A DNA stretch of 64,000 nucleotides, taken from contig DOMK01000001.1 in NCBI GenBank assembly GCA_003510435.1, forward strand, positions 26,604 through 90,603. Direction: 5' to 3'. Each line of letters opens with the position of its first letter. Position 1 is the first letter of the stretch. Shown one piece after another: positions 19,871 through 30,047 of the stretch. The DNA comes from Candidatus Magasanikiibacteriota bacterium. Its GTDB lineage: Bacteria; Patescibacteriota; Patescibacteriia; Magasanikbacterales; UBA922. The position numbers and the translations under genes were made by a program. Below the pieces are notes generated by a model. It was not told where the DNA came from. It ran no database searches and saw only the letters and a program-made list of their open reading frames with translations.

Positions 19871-20671
19871 TTATTTTTTCAATTTTATAATGGATACCAA
19901 AAATATTTTATTCAAATCACCAGAAGTTTTTAATATGGCTTTTTGAAAAGGTTGGTAAGCTTCTTTTTCAACCGCTTCGACTGTACCAATCAATAATCCT
20001 TTGGGAATGGTGACCTCTAAACCAGAAGTGACGATTATATCACCTACACTTACCTCTTCGTTTTGGGGAATATAATTCATTTTTACACTGATACCATAAC
20101 CACCCTCTACCAAACCAATACTTTTGTCTCGATTTAAAACTGTAGTGGCAACTTTACTTTGATTATCATTAATCAATCTAGCTGTGGCCGTATGTTCCTC
20201 TACTTTTATAATTTTACCAACCAAAATGCCTTCACCAATGATGACGGGAAAATCTTTTTCTATGCCATCACTTGATCCCCGATTTAAAATAATCGAGCTA
20301 CCAACTGGATCAATATTTTTTCCAATTACTTCTGCGCCAATAAAATTATAGTTATTTTTTTTAGAAAAATTTAATTGATTTCTTAATTCAGTATTTTCTT
20401 GTTCTAATAAATTATTATTAATAGCACTTGATTGACAACTCAAAAATTCTGATTTTATATTTTTATAAGCATTTTCCAGATCATTAACAGAAGAAAATTC
20501 CTCAGTCTCCCCATTGATTTTTAGGTTAGTTTTGTATATCAGTTTTGAACCTGGCGTCATGATTGCGCGAAAAAAATTTTCGATTGGATTTAACCAACCG
20601 ATATAATGGAAACTACTTATTATTATAATGACAAGAGAAACACTAAAAAATGTTTTTAATTTATTATTCAT
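19871..20671 (-). CDS. mreC: Rod shape-determining protein MreC
   Basis: ENTELRNQL, LNRGSSDG, VTSGL..IPKGLLIG. Confidence 0.92.
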   Translation of the reverse strand: MNNKLKTFFSVSLVIIIISSFHYIGWLNPIENFFRAIMTPGSKLIYKTNLKINGETEEFSSVNDLENAYKNIKSEFLSCQSSAINNNLLEQENTELRNQLNFSKKNNYNFIGAEVIGKNIDPVGSSIILNRGSSDGIEKDFPVIIGEGILVGKIIKVEEHTATARLINDNQSKVATTVLNRDKSIGLVEGGYGISVKMNYIPQNEEVSVGDIIVTSGLEVTIPKGLLIGTVEAVEKEAYQPFQKAILKTSGDLNKIFLVSIIKLKK

Positions 20672-20726
20672 AAAAAATAAAGAACCGTCGTGGCATACTC
20701 ATAAGATATTACGGCGAGCTAAGGAT

Positions 20727-21776
20727 TTATTTTTTTGATTTTCTAGCAGATGGTAGAGCCACTTCTTTTAGAAGCGCTTCGTCTTCTAATAAAATACCAG
20801 TGCCTCTAACGACCGATGTAAGTGGATCATCTGCAATTCGTACAGGGATATCTGTGGCCTGTGAAATAACTCTATCTATACCTTTTAAAAGGGCTCCGCC
20901 ACCAGTTAAAAGCAGGCCTCTTTCGTGGATATCACCCGTTAATTCTGGTGGAGTTACTTCCAAAGTTGTTTTTACCAAATCAACAATTATATTAACCGAT
21001 CGAGCCAAAGCTTCTCTGATGTGTTCATCTGTCACCATCACTTCTCTTGGCAAACCACTCATCACATCTCGACCACGCATGGGAAATTGAATACTTTCTT
21101 CAGTGCTAATGGCCGTCCCAATTTTTATTTTTATTTGTTCAGCATGACTCTCACCAATAAACAAATTAAAAACTTCTTTGGCATATTGCATGATATTGCG
21201 GTTCATTTCATCACCAGCGACTGGAGTGGAGCGCCAATTGACTACACCGTTCAAAGAAATAACCGCTACTTCTGTAGTACCACCACCAATATCAACAATC
21301 ATATTGCCAATTGGATCTTGAATCGGCATATGTGAACCAATGGCCGCTGCCATTGGTTCTTGGACAATATAGACTTCTTTGGCGCCAGCCGAAATTGTGG
21401 CATCTTCTACGGCTTTGATTTCTACTTCTGTCACTTCTAGAGGTACACAGATTATTACTTTTGGTCTAGAAACCAGGGCAAATTTGTCATCATTTATTTT
21501 ATCAATAAAATATTTTAACATTTTTTCTGTTACTTCATAATCAGAAATAATACCATGATTTAATGGTCTAGTAATTTCGATATGTGGTGGAGTTTTTCCT
21601 AACATATACTTGGCTTCATTACCTACAGCCAAGATTTGTTCGGTTCTAGTATTTACTGCTACTACAGTTGGTTCATTGATAACAATGCCTTTTTCTTTTA
21701 TAAAAACTAAAGTATTGGCCGTACCAAGATCAATTCCAATTTCCGTATTAAATTTTTTGAAAAGATTTTTAAACAT
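20727..21776 (-). CDS. mreB: Actin-like rod shape protein MreB; start moved to 21776
   Basis: IGIDLGTANT, EPMAAAIG, DIGGGTT; the longer ORF start is repeat-derived. Confidence 0.96.
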   Translation of the reverse strand: MFKNLFKKFNTEIGIDLGTANTLVFIKEKGIVINEPTVVAVNTRTEQILAVGNEAKYMLGKTPPHIEITRPLNHGIISDYEVTEKMLKYFIDKINDDKFALVSRPKVIICVPLEVTEVEIKAVEDATISAGAKEVYIVQEPMAAAIGSHMPIQDPIGNMIVDIGGGTTEVAVISLNGVVNWRSTPVAGDEMNRNIMQYAKEVFNLFIGESHAEQIKIKIGTAISTEESIQFPMRGRDVMSGLPREVMVTDEHIREALARSVNIIVDLVKTTLEVTPPELTGDIHERGLLLTGGGALLKGIDRVISQATDIPVRIADDPLTSVVRGTGILLEDEALLKEVALPSARKSKK

Positions 21777-21777
21777 A

Positions 21778-21870
21778 ATATATACAACATACAATATACA
21801 TGGAATAATATACAAAAAATATATATCAAAATACAAATTGTATTTTGATCCATGTATATTGAATTTTAAT
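21778..21870. repeat. Heptamer-period palindromic element (aatatac family)
   Basis: aatatac/aacatac/aaaatac units with an inverted arm; related to 17241 and 38521. Confidence 0.75.
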
Positions 21871-21878
21871 TTTTATAT

Positions 21879-23543
21879 TTATACAATTTTCTCCATTTTA
21901 ACTTCCCCACTTTTTCTATCCTTTACTTCCACACTCCCCTGTTCCAAAGTTTTTGGACTAACAATATATCGAGTAGGAATGCCAATCAAATCACTGTCAG
22001 CAAATTTTTCCCCAGCGCGAAGATCCCGATCGTCATATAAAACTTCTTTACCTTCACTAATTAATTTATTATATAATTCATCAGCTTTTTTTATTCCTTC
22101 TTCATCTTTGCAGAGTGAGATCAAATGAATTTGATAAGGCGCCACTGTCTCTGGCCAAATAATGCCTTTGTCATCATAAAATTTTTCAACAATCGTGGCG
22201 AGAGTCCGATCAACCCCAATTCCATAACAACCCATATAATATGGTTTTTCTTTGCCATCCTTATCTGTAAAATTGGCCTTCATACGACTACTATAGTGTT
22301 CACCGAGCTGAAAAATATTTCCTACTTCAATGCCTCGTCCTTCTTTTAAGACACTACCATTTTCGCTTTCGAATCCGTCCTGAGCCATAACAATATCACC
22401 TTCTTTGTGGGGAGTAAAATCTCTACCAATATTAATATTTAATAAATCACCATATTTTTTATTTGCTCCACCATAGGCATTTTTTATGGTTCTTAATGAA
22501 TCATCAGCTACAATAAAAACTTTTTTATCAATATTAACTGGTGAAATAAAGCCTGGTTCACTACCAATAGCGCGAACCTCATCTTCAGTAGCCATACGAA
22601 GTTCATTGGCTTCGCTCAAATGCTTTAATTTTATTTCATTCACATCCAAATCACCACGAATAATGGCTAAAATATATTTGCCTTTGTCATCAACAAAAAG
22701 TACATCTTTAATTTGTTGCCATAGTGGTAAATGGTGATACTCAACTCCGTCTTCCATTGAATTACCACGCTTGGCTTCAACTTCTTGCAAATCTTTTTCT
22801 TCCTCGTCAATATTTTTATTAATTTTTTTAAATTTGGCTACGTCTTCGTGAGCAGCATAGGTTCCATCTTCAGAAATCAGGAAACGACTTTCACCAGAAT
22901 CACATTCTACTACAAATTCATGACTGTATTCACCACCAATATAGCCATTATCGGCTTCTACTACCACGGTTTTTAAACCCATACGTTCAAATATCTTGGT
23001 ATAGGTATGCCACATTTTTTCATATTCAATTTTAAAATCTTCTTCATCAGCATGAAAAGAATAAGCATCCTTCATAAGGAATTCGCGAACTCTAAGTAAA
23101 CCACCGCGGACTCTCATTTCATCTCTAAATTTTTGAGAAAATTGATAGATGTTAAAAGGTAAATCTTTGTAACTCATGTTGTACTTTCGTACTAGATCAA
23201 CCATCATTTCTTCGGCTGTACCACCGAGAGCAAAACTACTACCATTTCTATCTTTTATAGTCATAAGTTCAAAACCAGCTGATTCTGTTCGACTGGTTTC
23301 TTTCCATAATTCTAATGGGTGTAAAACAGGGGTAATAATTTGCAAGGCACCAGCTTTGTTCATTTCTTCTTCAATAATTTTTATTACCCTATCTCTTACG
23401 CGTATTCCTAAGGGTAAAAAATAATATCGACCAGCAGTTGATTCTCTGATAAATCCAGCTTGATATAAATATTTATGACTGATCATTTTAATATCAGACG
23501 AAATCTCTTTTACTGTTTTTGTAAATAATTTTGATTGGCGCAT
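21879..23543 (-). CDS. proS: Proline--tRNA ligase with editing domain
   Basis: MRQSKLF, KFRDE, REFLMKDAYSF, EVGNIFQLG, MGCYGIG. Confidence 0.97.
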   Translation of the reverse strand: MRQSKLFTKTVKEISSDIKMISHKYLYQAGFIRESTAGRYYFLPLGIRVRDRVIKIIEEEMNKAGALQIITPVLHPLELWKETSRTESAGFELMTIKDRNGSSFALGGTAEEMMVDLVRKYNMSYKDLPFNIYQFSQKFRDEMRVRGGLLRVREFLMKDAYSFHADEEDFKIEYEKMWHTYTKIFERMGLKTVVVEADNGYIGGEYSHEFVVECDSGESRFLISEDGTYAAHEDVAKFKKINKNIDEEEKDLQEVEAKRGNSMEDGVEYHHLPLWQQIKDVLFVDDKGKYILAIIRGDLDVNEIKLKHLSEANELRMATEDEVRAIGSEPGFISPVNIDKKVFIVADDSLRTIKNAYGGANKKYGDLLNINIGRDFTPHKEGDIVMAQDGFESENGSVLKEGRGIEVGNIFQLGEHYSSRMKANFTDKDGKEKPYYMGCYGIGVDRTLATIVEKFYDDKGIIWPETVAPYQIHLISLCKDEEGIKKADELYNKLISEGKEVLYDDRDLRAGEKFADSDLIGIPTRYIVSPKTLEQGSVEVKDRKSGEVKMEKIV

Positions 23544-23544
23544 A

Positions 23545-23600
23545 GATTCATGACACTGATGACGCGGATTTTATGCGGATGACGCAGATCACGCGGATTG
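23545..23600. repeat. Single arm of 9-10-nt period (acgcggat-type)
   Basis: acactgat-gacgcggat-tttatgcggat-gacgcagat-cacgcggat directly upstream of the proS ATG. Confidence 0.6.
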
Positions 23601-23607
23601 TTTAAAT

Positions 23608-24015
23608 TTAAGTATTGAAACGGGGTTGATTATTATGATTATTTTTTGTACTCCAAACAAAAGCTAGATATAAAACTAAAGCACCTAGTAAAAGTAAAGC
23701 ATTCCACCAGCGTAAATAATTTATACCTTGTAGATAAAGTAAAACTATAATTAATCCAGAAAAAAATATAGAATCTCTAAAGCTTTTTTGGACATAGCGA
23801 AACATTGGTAATTGTTCTTTGGAAAATAGTTTTCTAATGATAAAGGCAAAAATTGAAATAGTACCAAGCAAGGCCAAAAATAAACTAATATAAAAAAAAC
23901 TAAACCCTAGTCCAGTATCTTGAGATGGATCAATATTAATAACTACTATCCACCAGGCTGCCCAACACAAGATAGAACCTAAGATCATTACTGTAAAATA
24001 TTGTTTGAGAGTCAT
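23608..24015 (-). CDS. Hypothetical 4-TM membrane protein
   Basis: Four hydrophobic segments. Confidence 0.65.
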   Translation of the reverse strand: MTLKQYFTVMILGSILCWAAWWIVVINIDPSQDTGLGFSFFYISLFLALLGTISIFAFIIRKLFSKEQLPMFRYVQKSFRDSIFFSGLIIVLLYLQGINYLRWWNALLLLGALVLYLAFVWSTKNNHNNQPRFNT

Positions 24016-24090
24016 ATTTGACTAATAAAATAGCCCTATTAAAGGCCATTCTATTGTATTATATTTAACAAAATTTATCAATACCCCATT

Positions 24091-24345
24091 TTAAAGCAAA
24101 TACCTTATTCTATCCACCTCGTTTTTGCCTAATTTTAGATTAATTTTTTTAACAATTTCTTCCTGATTTTCCCGAACTTGTTGGGCAATTTCAGAGTTAT
24201 TACAAGAAACAGTCAAAGTGCGGTTTTTCAAAAATAAAGGATTGACCGCATCAGTGGCAAATATTTTTTCACAAATTTCCTTGGCAAATTCAATCACCTT
24301 GGTATCATTAGCGGTTTTTTTGTTGTTATTGGGATAGTTAGTCAT
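24091..24345 (-). CDS. Small protein, DUF721/DciA-like
   Basis: LKNRTLTVSCNNSEIAQ...EIVKKIN..LG...VDRIRY pattern. Confidence 0.5.
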   Translation of the reverse strand: MTNYPNNNKKTANDTKVIEFAKEICEKIFATDAVNPLFLKNRTLTVSCNNSEIAQQVRENQEEIVKKINLKLGKNEVDRIRYLL

Positions 24346-24348
24346 AGT

Positions 24349-24855
24349 TTATATTCTATATAACCTTATTTTACCACAGACTGTCTCAGGTTGCCAATTG
24401 GGGAAGCTAAAGCCATAGGAAATGACTCTGGCTCCAGGCTTCATTTCCTTCAATATTTTAGCCTTTAATTTTTCCATTTTTGACTGAATAAAATACAACA
24501 TGATTACATCAGTTTGATTTAAATTGGTTTTCCACAAATCTTCTCTTAGAATTGTAATATTTTTAATTTTACTTAATTTTATTTTACTCCACCAATATAG
24601 AATTGGATTTATTTCAATGCCAATGCATTTTTTACATTTAGGTGAAGCAATTTTCAAAAAACGACCGTCACCTGATCCTAAGTCCATCAAAATATCATCT
24701 GTTTTTAAATCAGCTAGTTCCAGCATTTCTTTTACGTGTTTGTTTGTTGTTGGAACAAAAGGAGCGCCAATAAACATTGTATAAGCAAAATAAAAAAAAT
24801 ATATTATCAATAACAGATAAATAATTAATATAGATATTAAAAAATAAATAAGCAT
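24349..24855 (-). CDS. Class I SAM-dependent methyltransferase with N-terminal TM helix
   Basis: GAPFVPT, DLGSGDGR, GIEIN. Confidence 0.85.
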   Translation of the reverse strand: MLIYFLISILIIYLLLIIYFFYFAYTMFIGAPFVPTTNKHVKEMLELADLKTDDILMDLGSGDGRFLKIASPKCKKCIGIEINPILYWWSKIKLSKIKNITILREDLWKTNLNQTDVIMLYFIQSKMEKLKAKILKEMKPGARVISYGFSFPNWQPETVCGKIRLYRI

Positions 24856-24869
24856 ATTAAATTAAGTGT

Positions 24870-24930
24870 TTAGGAATTAGGACTAGAGGCTGGATTTCTC
24901 GCATCTTACTCCCTAATTCCAATTACTATT
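24870..24930. repeat. TAGGAAT-family palindromic element, copy 1
   Basis: taggaattaggactagaggc...gcatcttactccctaattcc. Confidence 0.75.
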
Positions 24931-27900
24931 TCACAATTGTCTAAATTCACAAATTTCCTTAAAATCACAATACTGACAAACATGTTTGTTTGGTGTGGCT
25001 GTAAAATCATTGGATTTAATTTGAGTAATTGTCTTAAGAATTTTTTCTTGTAATTTTTCTAGATCTTTAGCTTCACCAATAAAGGACGTTTTTATATTAT
25101 CATTGACATAATAAAAAGTTAGCTGGCCCACGGGACCAATGTTTCTATATTCAGGTAGAGTCTGAGTCGCGATTTGATAAATCAAAAGTTGTTGTTTGTC
25201 CTCGGTTGTTAAAGTTTCTTTGGACTTGCCAGTTTTGTAATCAATAATTTCTAAACTACCATCCGCTACTTTGTCTATTCTGTCAATTCTACCATGTACA
25301 ATGTAGTTACCTACTTTAACCTTGAACCACCCTTCCAATGATACAGGTACAGTCCACTTGCCATCTTCTGAAGAATAAAATATTTTCAAAATTTCTTTGC
25401 CTTTGGCATAGTATTTTTCCCTTTGTTCACGACTATTGTACCAGTCAGAAGCCCAATTTTTTTCATACATTTCCAATAATTCTTTTTCACTCGGAACTAT
25501 TATCTCCCCAGTATCTGATTTTTTTGTTTCTACTGGTAGACCAAACAAAGACGCTTGCTTGACACTATTTAATTCTTGAATTTTATTATAAAAATCCTGC
25601 AAAGTATTGTGAATGGTATTTCCAAAGCTAAAACTGGCACTGCCTTTCATGGGGATTTTTAAAACATGCGCTAGTTTGTATTGATAAGGACAACGTTCGT
25701 AGGAGCTGATTTGGGAGAAAGAGAACTTGTTGGGTGTTTCGTAAATTAACTCCTCGCCTACTAGAGGAAGTTTAGGAGAAGTCATTTTTAAATCCAAAAT
25801 TTGTTTTTTATCCAGACCCCCTCCAACTCCCCCTGATAGGGGGAGGGCATCAGACAGTTCTGCTAAAAATCTACTAATTTTCTTTTTTCTTGTTCCACCA
25901 TAATCTTCGGCACTGGTTAAAAATAGTTTTTCTTTTGCTCTTGTACAGGCAACATAAAATAAGCGTCGCTCTTCGGAATAATGAAAATCATCACTAGGTA
26001 AATTATCCTTGACTAGCTCATCGGGCAATTCCAAATTACCGCCTTTTTTTCTGGTAGGAAATCTTTCTTCAACTAAATTTACTACAAAAACATATTTATA
26101 TTCCAAACCTTTTGCCCCATGGACTGTAATAATATTAACTGAATCTGGTGTATCTTCTGGCTGGTAAATTTTTCCACCGTCACCGGATTCAATAATATTA
26201 TTAAAATGTTCTACAAATTCTAAGACTTTGCAATCGGGTGTAATTTGTTCAAAAGTTTTAATTAAATCAAAAAGTTGTCTAAGGTAATTTATTTGCCGAA
26301 TAATTTCTCTGTCGCCATTGGTTTCGCCATGAGTCAAGTAAGTTAAATATCCACTATTTTCTAAAAAATTGTATAAAACAGCGGTTGGTCTTTCATATCG
26401 CGCCTGCTTCATACCACTGTGAATAGTTTCTAAAATTTTACTAGCAATTTTTTGTCCGCTAGCAGAAATGTCAAATTCCACTCCTCGTTTTAAAATTTCG
26501 TAATAACTAATAGATTTCTGTTTGGCTCTAGCGGTAATTTTTTGCATGTCATTTTCATCCATTGCCCAGGCTGGCATACGTAAAAGTCGATACATGGCTC
26601 GGTCATCATAAACATGGGTAAGTAATTGAAAAAAAGCTAGGCAATTTAATACAATAGCCTGTCTATAAAGGCCAGATGAGGCCAAATACTCATATGGAAT
26701 ATTAGTCTGCTCTAAAGCGTGAATAAAGGGCTCTACGTGCGAGTTAGCCCTGACTAAAATGGCAAAATCATCCCATGATATTGATTTCACTGATTGTAAT
26801 TTGATTTCACTGATTTTTTTGATTACTTCCTGAACTTCATCATCTAAAGTTTGACAATGTATGTGTTCAATTTCAGTTTTGATGGTATTTTTAGCAATTA
26901 GTTTCTTATCAATTTTTAATTTTACTTCAAGGCGATCAGGATTATTATTTTGAATACTTTTATAACTTAGATCTAAAATTTCTTGACCAGAACGATAATT
27001 TTCATTCAAAACAATTTCTTTGGCATTTTTAAAATCTTCTTTAAAATGCATAATGACTGAAACGTTTGATCCACGGAAACTATAAATACTTTGGTCATCA
27101 TCCCCTACTACTGTTAGTTGACAATTCTGAGGCAAAGCCGAAGAATCCCGCTGTTTATCGCTTGAACCACAGGATCCTTCATCACTTCGTTCTTCAGGAT
27201 TAGCTAATAATTTTATTAATTGATATTGTGCCCAATTTACATCTTGAAATTCATCTACCAAAATATAGGTGAATCTGTCTTGCAAAGTTTTTAAAATATT
27301 TGGTCGATCTTTTAATAATTTGACAGTATAAAAAATCAAATCCCCAAAATCTAAATAACCATTATCCAAAAGTAATTGATTATAAGTATGATAAGCATTG
27401 GCGAGCTCTGTTTGACGATTTTTATCTTGGATATTAACTTCGTCTTTATCCATTTTTACATTTTCCACATATTCCAAATATTCAGTGGTAGAAACTAATT
27501 CATCTTTGGCTTTGGAAAAATGATTCAAAAGCGAATGAATCATAGACATGGGACTACCAAGCGGACGGTAATAATCTAGATTGAAATCGTACAAATGTTT
27601 TTTTACCAAGAGCCAAGCATCAGTGTCAGTAAGAAGTTTGAAACGTGATGGCAAACCAATTTCCAAACCATATTCCTCAAGAATTTTTTGACAAAAAGCA
27701 TGAAAAGTAGAGATTTGTAAATCTGTGTATCCAATATCCAAAATTTCATCCACTCTTTCTACCATTTCGCCAGCGGCTTTTTCTGTAAAAGTTAAGGCCA
27801 AAATATTTTCTGGCTTGGCTAATTTTTGATCAACCAAATAAGCAATCTTTTGGGTGATTACTGTGGTTTTGCCTGTACCTGCTCCGGCCACGATTAAAAG

Positions 27901-27960
27901 TGGACCAGTGGTATATTCTATGGCTTGTTTTTGTTGATTGTTTAGATTATATTCAGACAT
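24931..27960 (-). CDS. UvrD/REP helicase with C-terminal PD-(D/E)XK nuclease (AddA/AdnA-like)
   Basis: AGAGTGKT, DEFQD, GDDDQSIY, HGAKGLE, EERRLFYVACTRA, GRIDRID..IIDYKTG, CPY..CQYC..C. Confidence 0.92.
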   Translation of the reverse strand: MSEYNLNNQQKQAIEYTTGPLLIVAGAGTGKTTVITQKIAYLVDQKLAKPENILALTFTEKAAGEMVERVDEILDIGYTDLQISTFHAFCQKILEEYGLEIGLPSRFKLLTDTDAWLLVKKHLYDFNLDYYRPLGSPMSMIHSLLNHFSKAKDELVSTTEYLEYVENVKMDKDEVNIQDKNRQTELANAYHTYNQLLLDNGYLDFGDLIFYTVKLLKDRPNILKTLQDRFTYILVDEFQDVNWAQYQLIKLLANPEERSDEGSCGSSDKQRDSSALPQNCQLTVVGDDDQSIYSFRGSNVSVIMHFKEDFKNAKEIVLNENYRSGQEILDLSYKSIQNNNPDRLEVKLKIDKKLIAKNTIKTEIEHIHCQTLDDEVQEVIKKISEIKLQSVKSISWDDFAILVRANSHVEPFIHALEQTNIPYEYLASSGLYRQAIVLNCLAFFQLLTHVYDDRAMYRLLRMPAWAMDENDMQKITARAKQKSISYYEILKRGVEFDISASGQKIASKILETIHSGMKQARYERPTAVLYNFLENSGYLTYLTHGETNGDREIIRQINYLRQLFDLIKTFEQITPDCKVLEFVEHFNNIIESGDGGKIYQPEDTPDSVNIITVHGAKGLEYKYVFVVNLVEERFPTRKKGGNLELPDELVKDNLPSDDFHYSEERRLFYVACTRAKEKLFLTSAEDYGGTRKKKISRFLAELSDALPLSGGVGGGLDKKQILDLKMTSPKLPLVGEELIYETPNKFSFSQISSYERCPYQYKLAHVLKIPMKGSASFSFGNTIHNTLQDFYNKIQELNSVKQASLFGLPVETKKSDTGEIIVPSEKELLEMYEKNWASDWYNSREQREKYYAKGKEILKIFYSSEDGKWTVPVSLEGWFKVKVGNYIVHGRIDRIDKVADGSLEIIDYKTGKSKETLTTEDKQQLLIYQIATQTLPEYRNIGPVGQLTFYYVNDNIKTSFIGEAKDLEKLQEKILKTITQIKSNDFTATPNKHVCQYCDFKEICEFRQL

Positions 27961-27992
27961 ATTTATTTATATTTTAGCACAATTTTTGAGAC

Positions 27993-28021
27993 TTGACAAA
28001 GGTGGTAGTATATGATATTTT
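27993..28021 (+). promoter_or_regulatory. Probable sigma70 promoter of the structured-leader/orphan unit
   Basis: TTGACA-17-TATTTT with TG extension. Confidence 0.45.
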
Positions 28022-28037
28022 ATACAGTTCAGTATTA

Positions 28038-28263
28038 TAGGCGAGAGGTCTGTAAGTTTTTGCTTATAGGCCCTTCTCCTAATCGTCGGGAGAGGCGTGC
28101 AAGAGCACGTATAAGTCAGCTGAATGCCGGGGTGTCGGCATGGAAAAACATCCCAAGAGGGGTGGCTGACAGGGATTGTACCCAGACGATAGTCCAAGAG
28201 GACTAGGGCATTGTACTAGTCGTTTAGTCAACGACTGGTGTCTCCAAGCGGAGATATACAATG
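28038..28263 (+). ncRNA. Putative highly structured RNA (leader or ncRNA), family not recognised
   Basis: About ten complementary helices found by eye, three AAGA loops and one AAGC loop; the last helix pairs the ATG. Confidence 0.6.
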
Positions 28264-29196
28264 AATTCCACGACTAAACTGCGGAGAATGACGATGAAGC
28301 GTTGCTTGTCAGAGCAGTTCAACATCCTGATGGATGAATTGGCCTCCATTGGTATGGCTGGCCTCTTCTGCCTCATCATCGGGATGGCCAAGAGCAAGTC
28401 GCAATTGGCCAGGTTCCACAACGAACTCAAGCCCAACCAGCGTCTCGTGCGTGGAGATTATATCATGCTCGAGGACTGGTGGGAGGCCTCGTATGAAAAG
28501 GCCAGAGGAGAACTCACTGAAGTGGCTAGAGAGAAGTTGCAAGAAGTGATTCTTCTCTCCTATCGCAACGAGCACAGTGCTGCGAATCTGAGCCACTACT
28601 ACGAACGGAAAATTAACGAGGAACGTTGGAGTAGAGAACATCCGAAAACCCCGCTTGCAACTTCTAGCGTCAACCTCGTGCTCTCTTGCCCCGAACGTGA
28701 CGGGCATGGCTACCACCACTTTCGCGCGTTCATGTTTAATGTAGAATTTGAAGTCAGTTGTACTTTTCTGGATAGCACACTACTAGTTCATATGTGCATC
28801 AAGAGAAATAAACTGACCGAAAATCTCGTACACAGGATTCTGACGTCCAAGCTGGTTAATGCCAGTTTCGGACATACAGGAGTGTATGTAAATAGTGGTG
28901 ATGAGCTGACCTTCAGGTTCGATCTCGGGGCTGATATAGGTAGGCGCTTGAAGGAGATGATCTCGGCATTTGATAAATCCGAGGGCGCTCACCGACGTGC
29001 TGACGTAGTGGCCATGGACACTTTTGCACATGAGGTTGGAAGAAACCTCATTGACGTCTGTGACCTTGAGCTGGATGGGCTCTACGCTGTAGTGCTGTTT
29101 GTCGCAGATGACCCACGTTGTCTGCAGTCAACGGTATTCGAGGATGGCGCACCGCACGCCAGGCATCGGGTCTGGTGCCATCGCACCAACGCCTAA
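28261..29196 (+). CDS. GC-rich orphan protein
   Basis: 311-aa ORF with GGAG upstream, its own promoter and terminator; no family recognised. Confidence 0.6.
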   Translation: MNSTTKLRRMTMKRCLSEQFNILMDELASIGMAGLFCLIIGMAKSKSQLARFHNELKPNQRLVRGDYIMLEDWWEASYEKARGELTEVAREKLQEVILLSYRNEHSAANLSHYYERKINEERWSREHPKTPLATSSVNLVLSCPERDGHGYHHFRAFMFNVEFEVSCTFLDSTLLVHMCIKRNKLTENLVHRILTSKLVNASFGHTGVYVNSGDELTFRFDLGADIGRRLKEMISAFDKSEGAHRRADVVAMDTFAHEVGRNLIDVCDLELDGLYAVVLFVADDPRCLQSTVFEDGAPHARHRVWCHRTNA

Positions 29197-29236
29197 GACC
29201 ACAGAAGACTTTACAACTCGGAGGATGTGAAGTGAC

Positions 29237-29306
29237 ACGGGCGACCTATGACACCCCACAGGTCGCCCGTTCAAAAAAACAGATATTGTTAAATGTCTGT
29301 TTTTTA
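29237..29306 (+). terminator. Hairpin plus bidirectional terminator
   Basis: acgggcgacct...aggtcgcccgt, then aaaaaaacagatatt...aatgtctgtttttt. Confidence 0.65.
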
Positions 29307-29328
29307 ATATTACATTTTATTATAAATT

Positions 29329-29751
29329 TTATTTCAAAGTAATAATATAAGCTCCACCAGCAATCATGGCTGCACCCATTACACTGCGCCAAGTGAGGCC
29401 CTCACCCAAAAACAAAGCCGCGAGAATAATAACAAAAATTATACTAAGACGGTCAATGGCGACCACTTTTCCAGCCATACCATATTTAAGCGCAAAAAAA
29501 TAAAATAACCAGGATAGTGCGCCGGCAATACCAGATAAAGTAATTAATAACCAATCTTTACCATTTAAAGAATGAAAATTAAAACCATTAAACTTTTTTA
29601 AAGTTAGAGCGACCAGAAATAGAAAAATTGCCATGATAATTGAGCGAATCGTAGTTGCCAGTGTAGAATCAATTGTCTTGAGACCAAGTTTGCCAAAGAT
29701 TGCTACGGCTGCGGCAAAGATGGCAGATAAAAATGCATATAATAACCACAT
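29329..29751 (-). CDS. EamA/DMT family transporter
   Basis: AIFGKLGL, LSWLFYFFALK, IDRLS, FLGE. Confidence 0.9.
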   Translation of the reverse strand: MWLLYAFLSAIFAAAVAIFGKLGLKTIDSTLATTIRSIIMAIFLFLVALTLKKFNGFNFHSLNGKDWLLITLSGIAGALSWLFYFFALKYGMAGKVVAIDRLSIIFVIILAALFLGEGLTWRSVMGAAMIAGGAYIITLK

Positions 29752-29866
29752 AAAGCATTGATTTAAACTGATTTAAACTGAATATATATTAACATTAATC
29801 AGATAAAAAGAAAACAGGCTTGTACAGAGCTCTGCTTTCTTTTGTGAGAGTGAAAAAATGTGTTAG

Positions 29867-29926
29867 TTAGTTACAACCGCAACCACCGCCACAACCTCCA
29901 CCGTCAGTTAAATTTTTATTCTTCAT
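29867..29926 (-). CDS. Putative 19-aa Cys/Gly micro-peptide MKNKNLTDGGGCGGGCGCN
   Basis: Manual translation; promoter-like TTGACA-18-TATTAT upstream; C-terminus resembles that of 30259-30408. Confidence 0.4.
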   Translation of the reverse strand: MKNKNLTDGGGCGGGCGCN

Positions 29927-30047
29927 GTTTTGTATGCTTAAGAATTAATCCTCCTTATTTATATAATACATATTTAGTATGATATGTGTCAAGGGGTGGA
30001 TAACTAGGGATAAAAAAACCAGCCTTTTCAGACTGATTTTTTTGATT

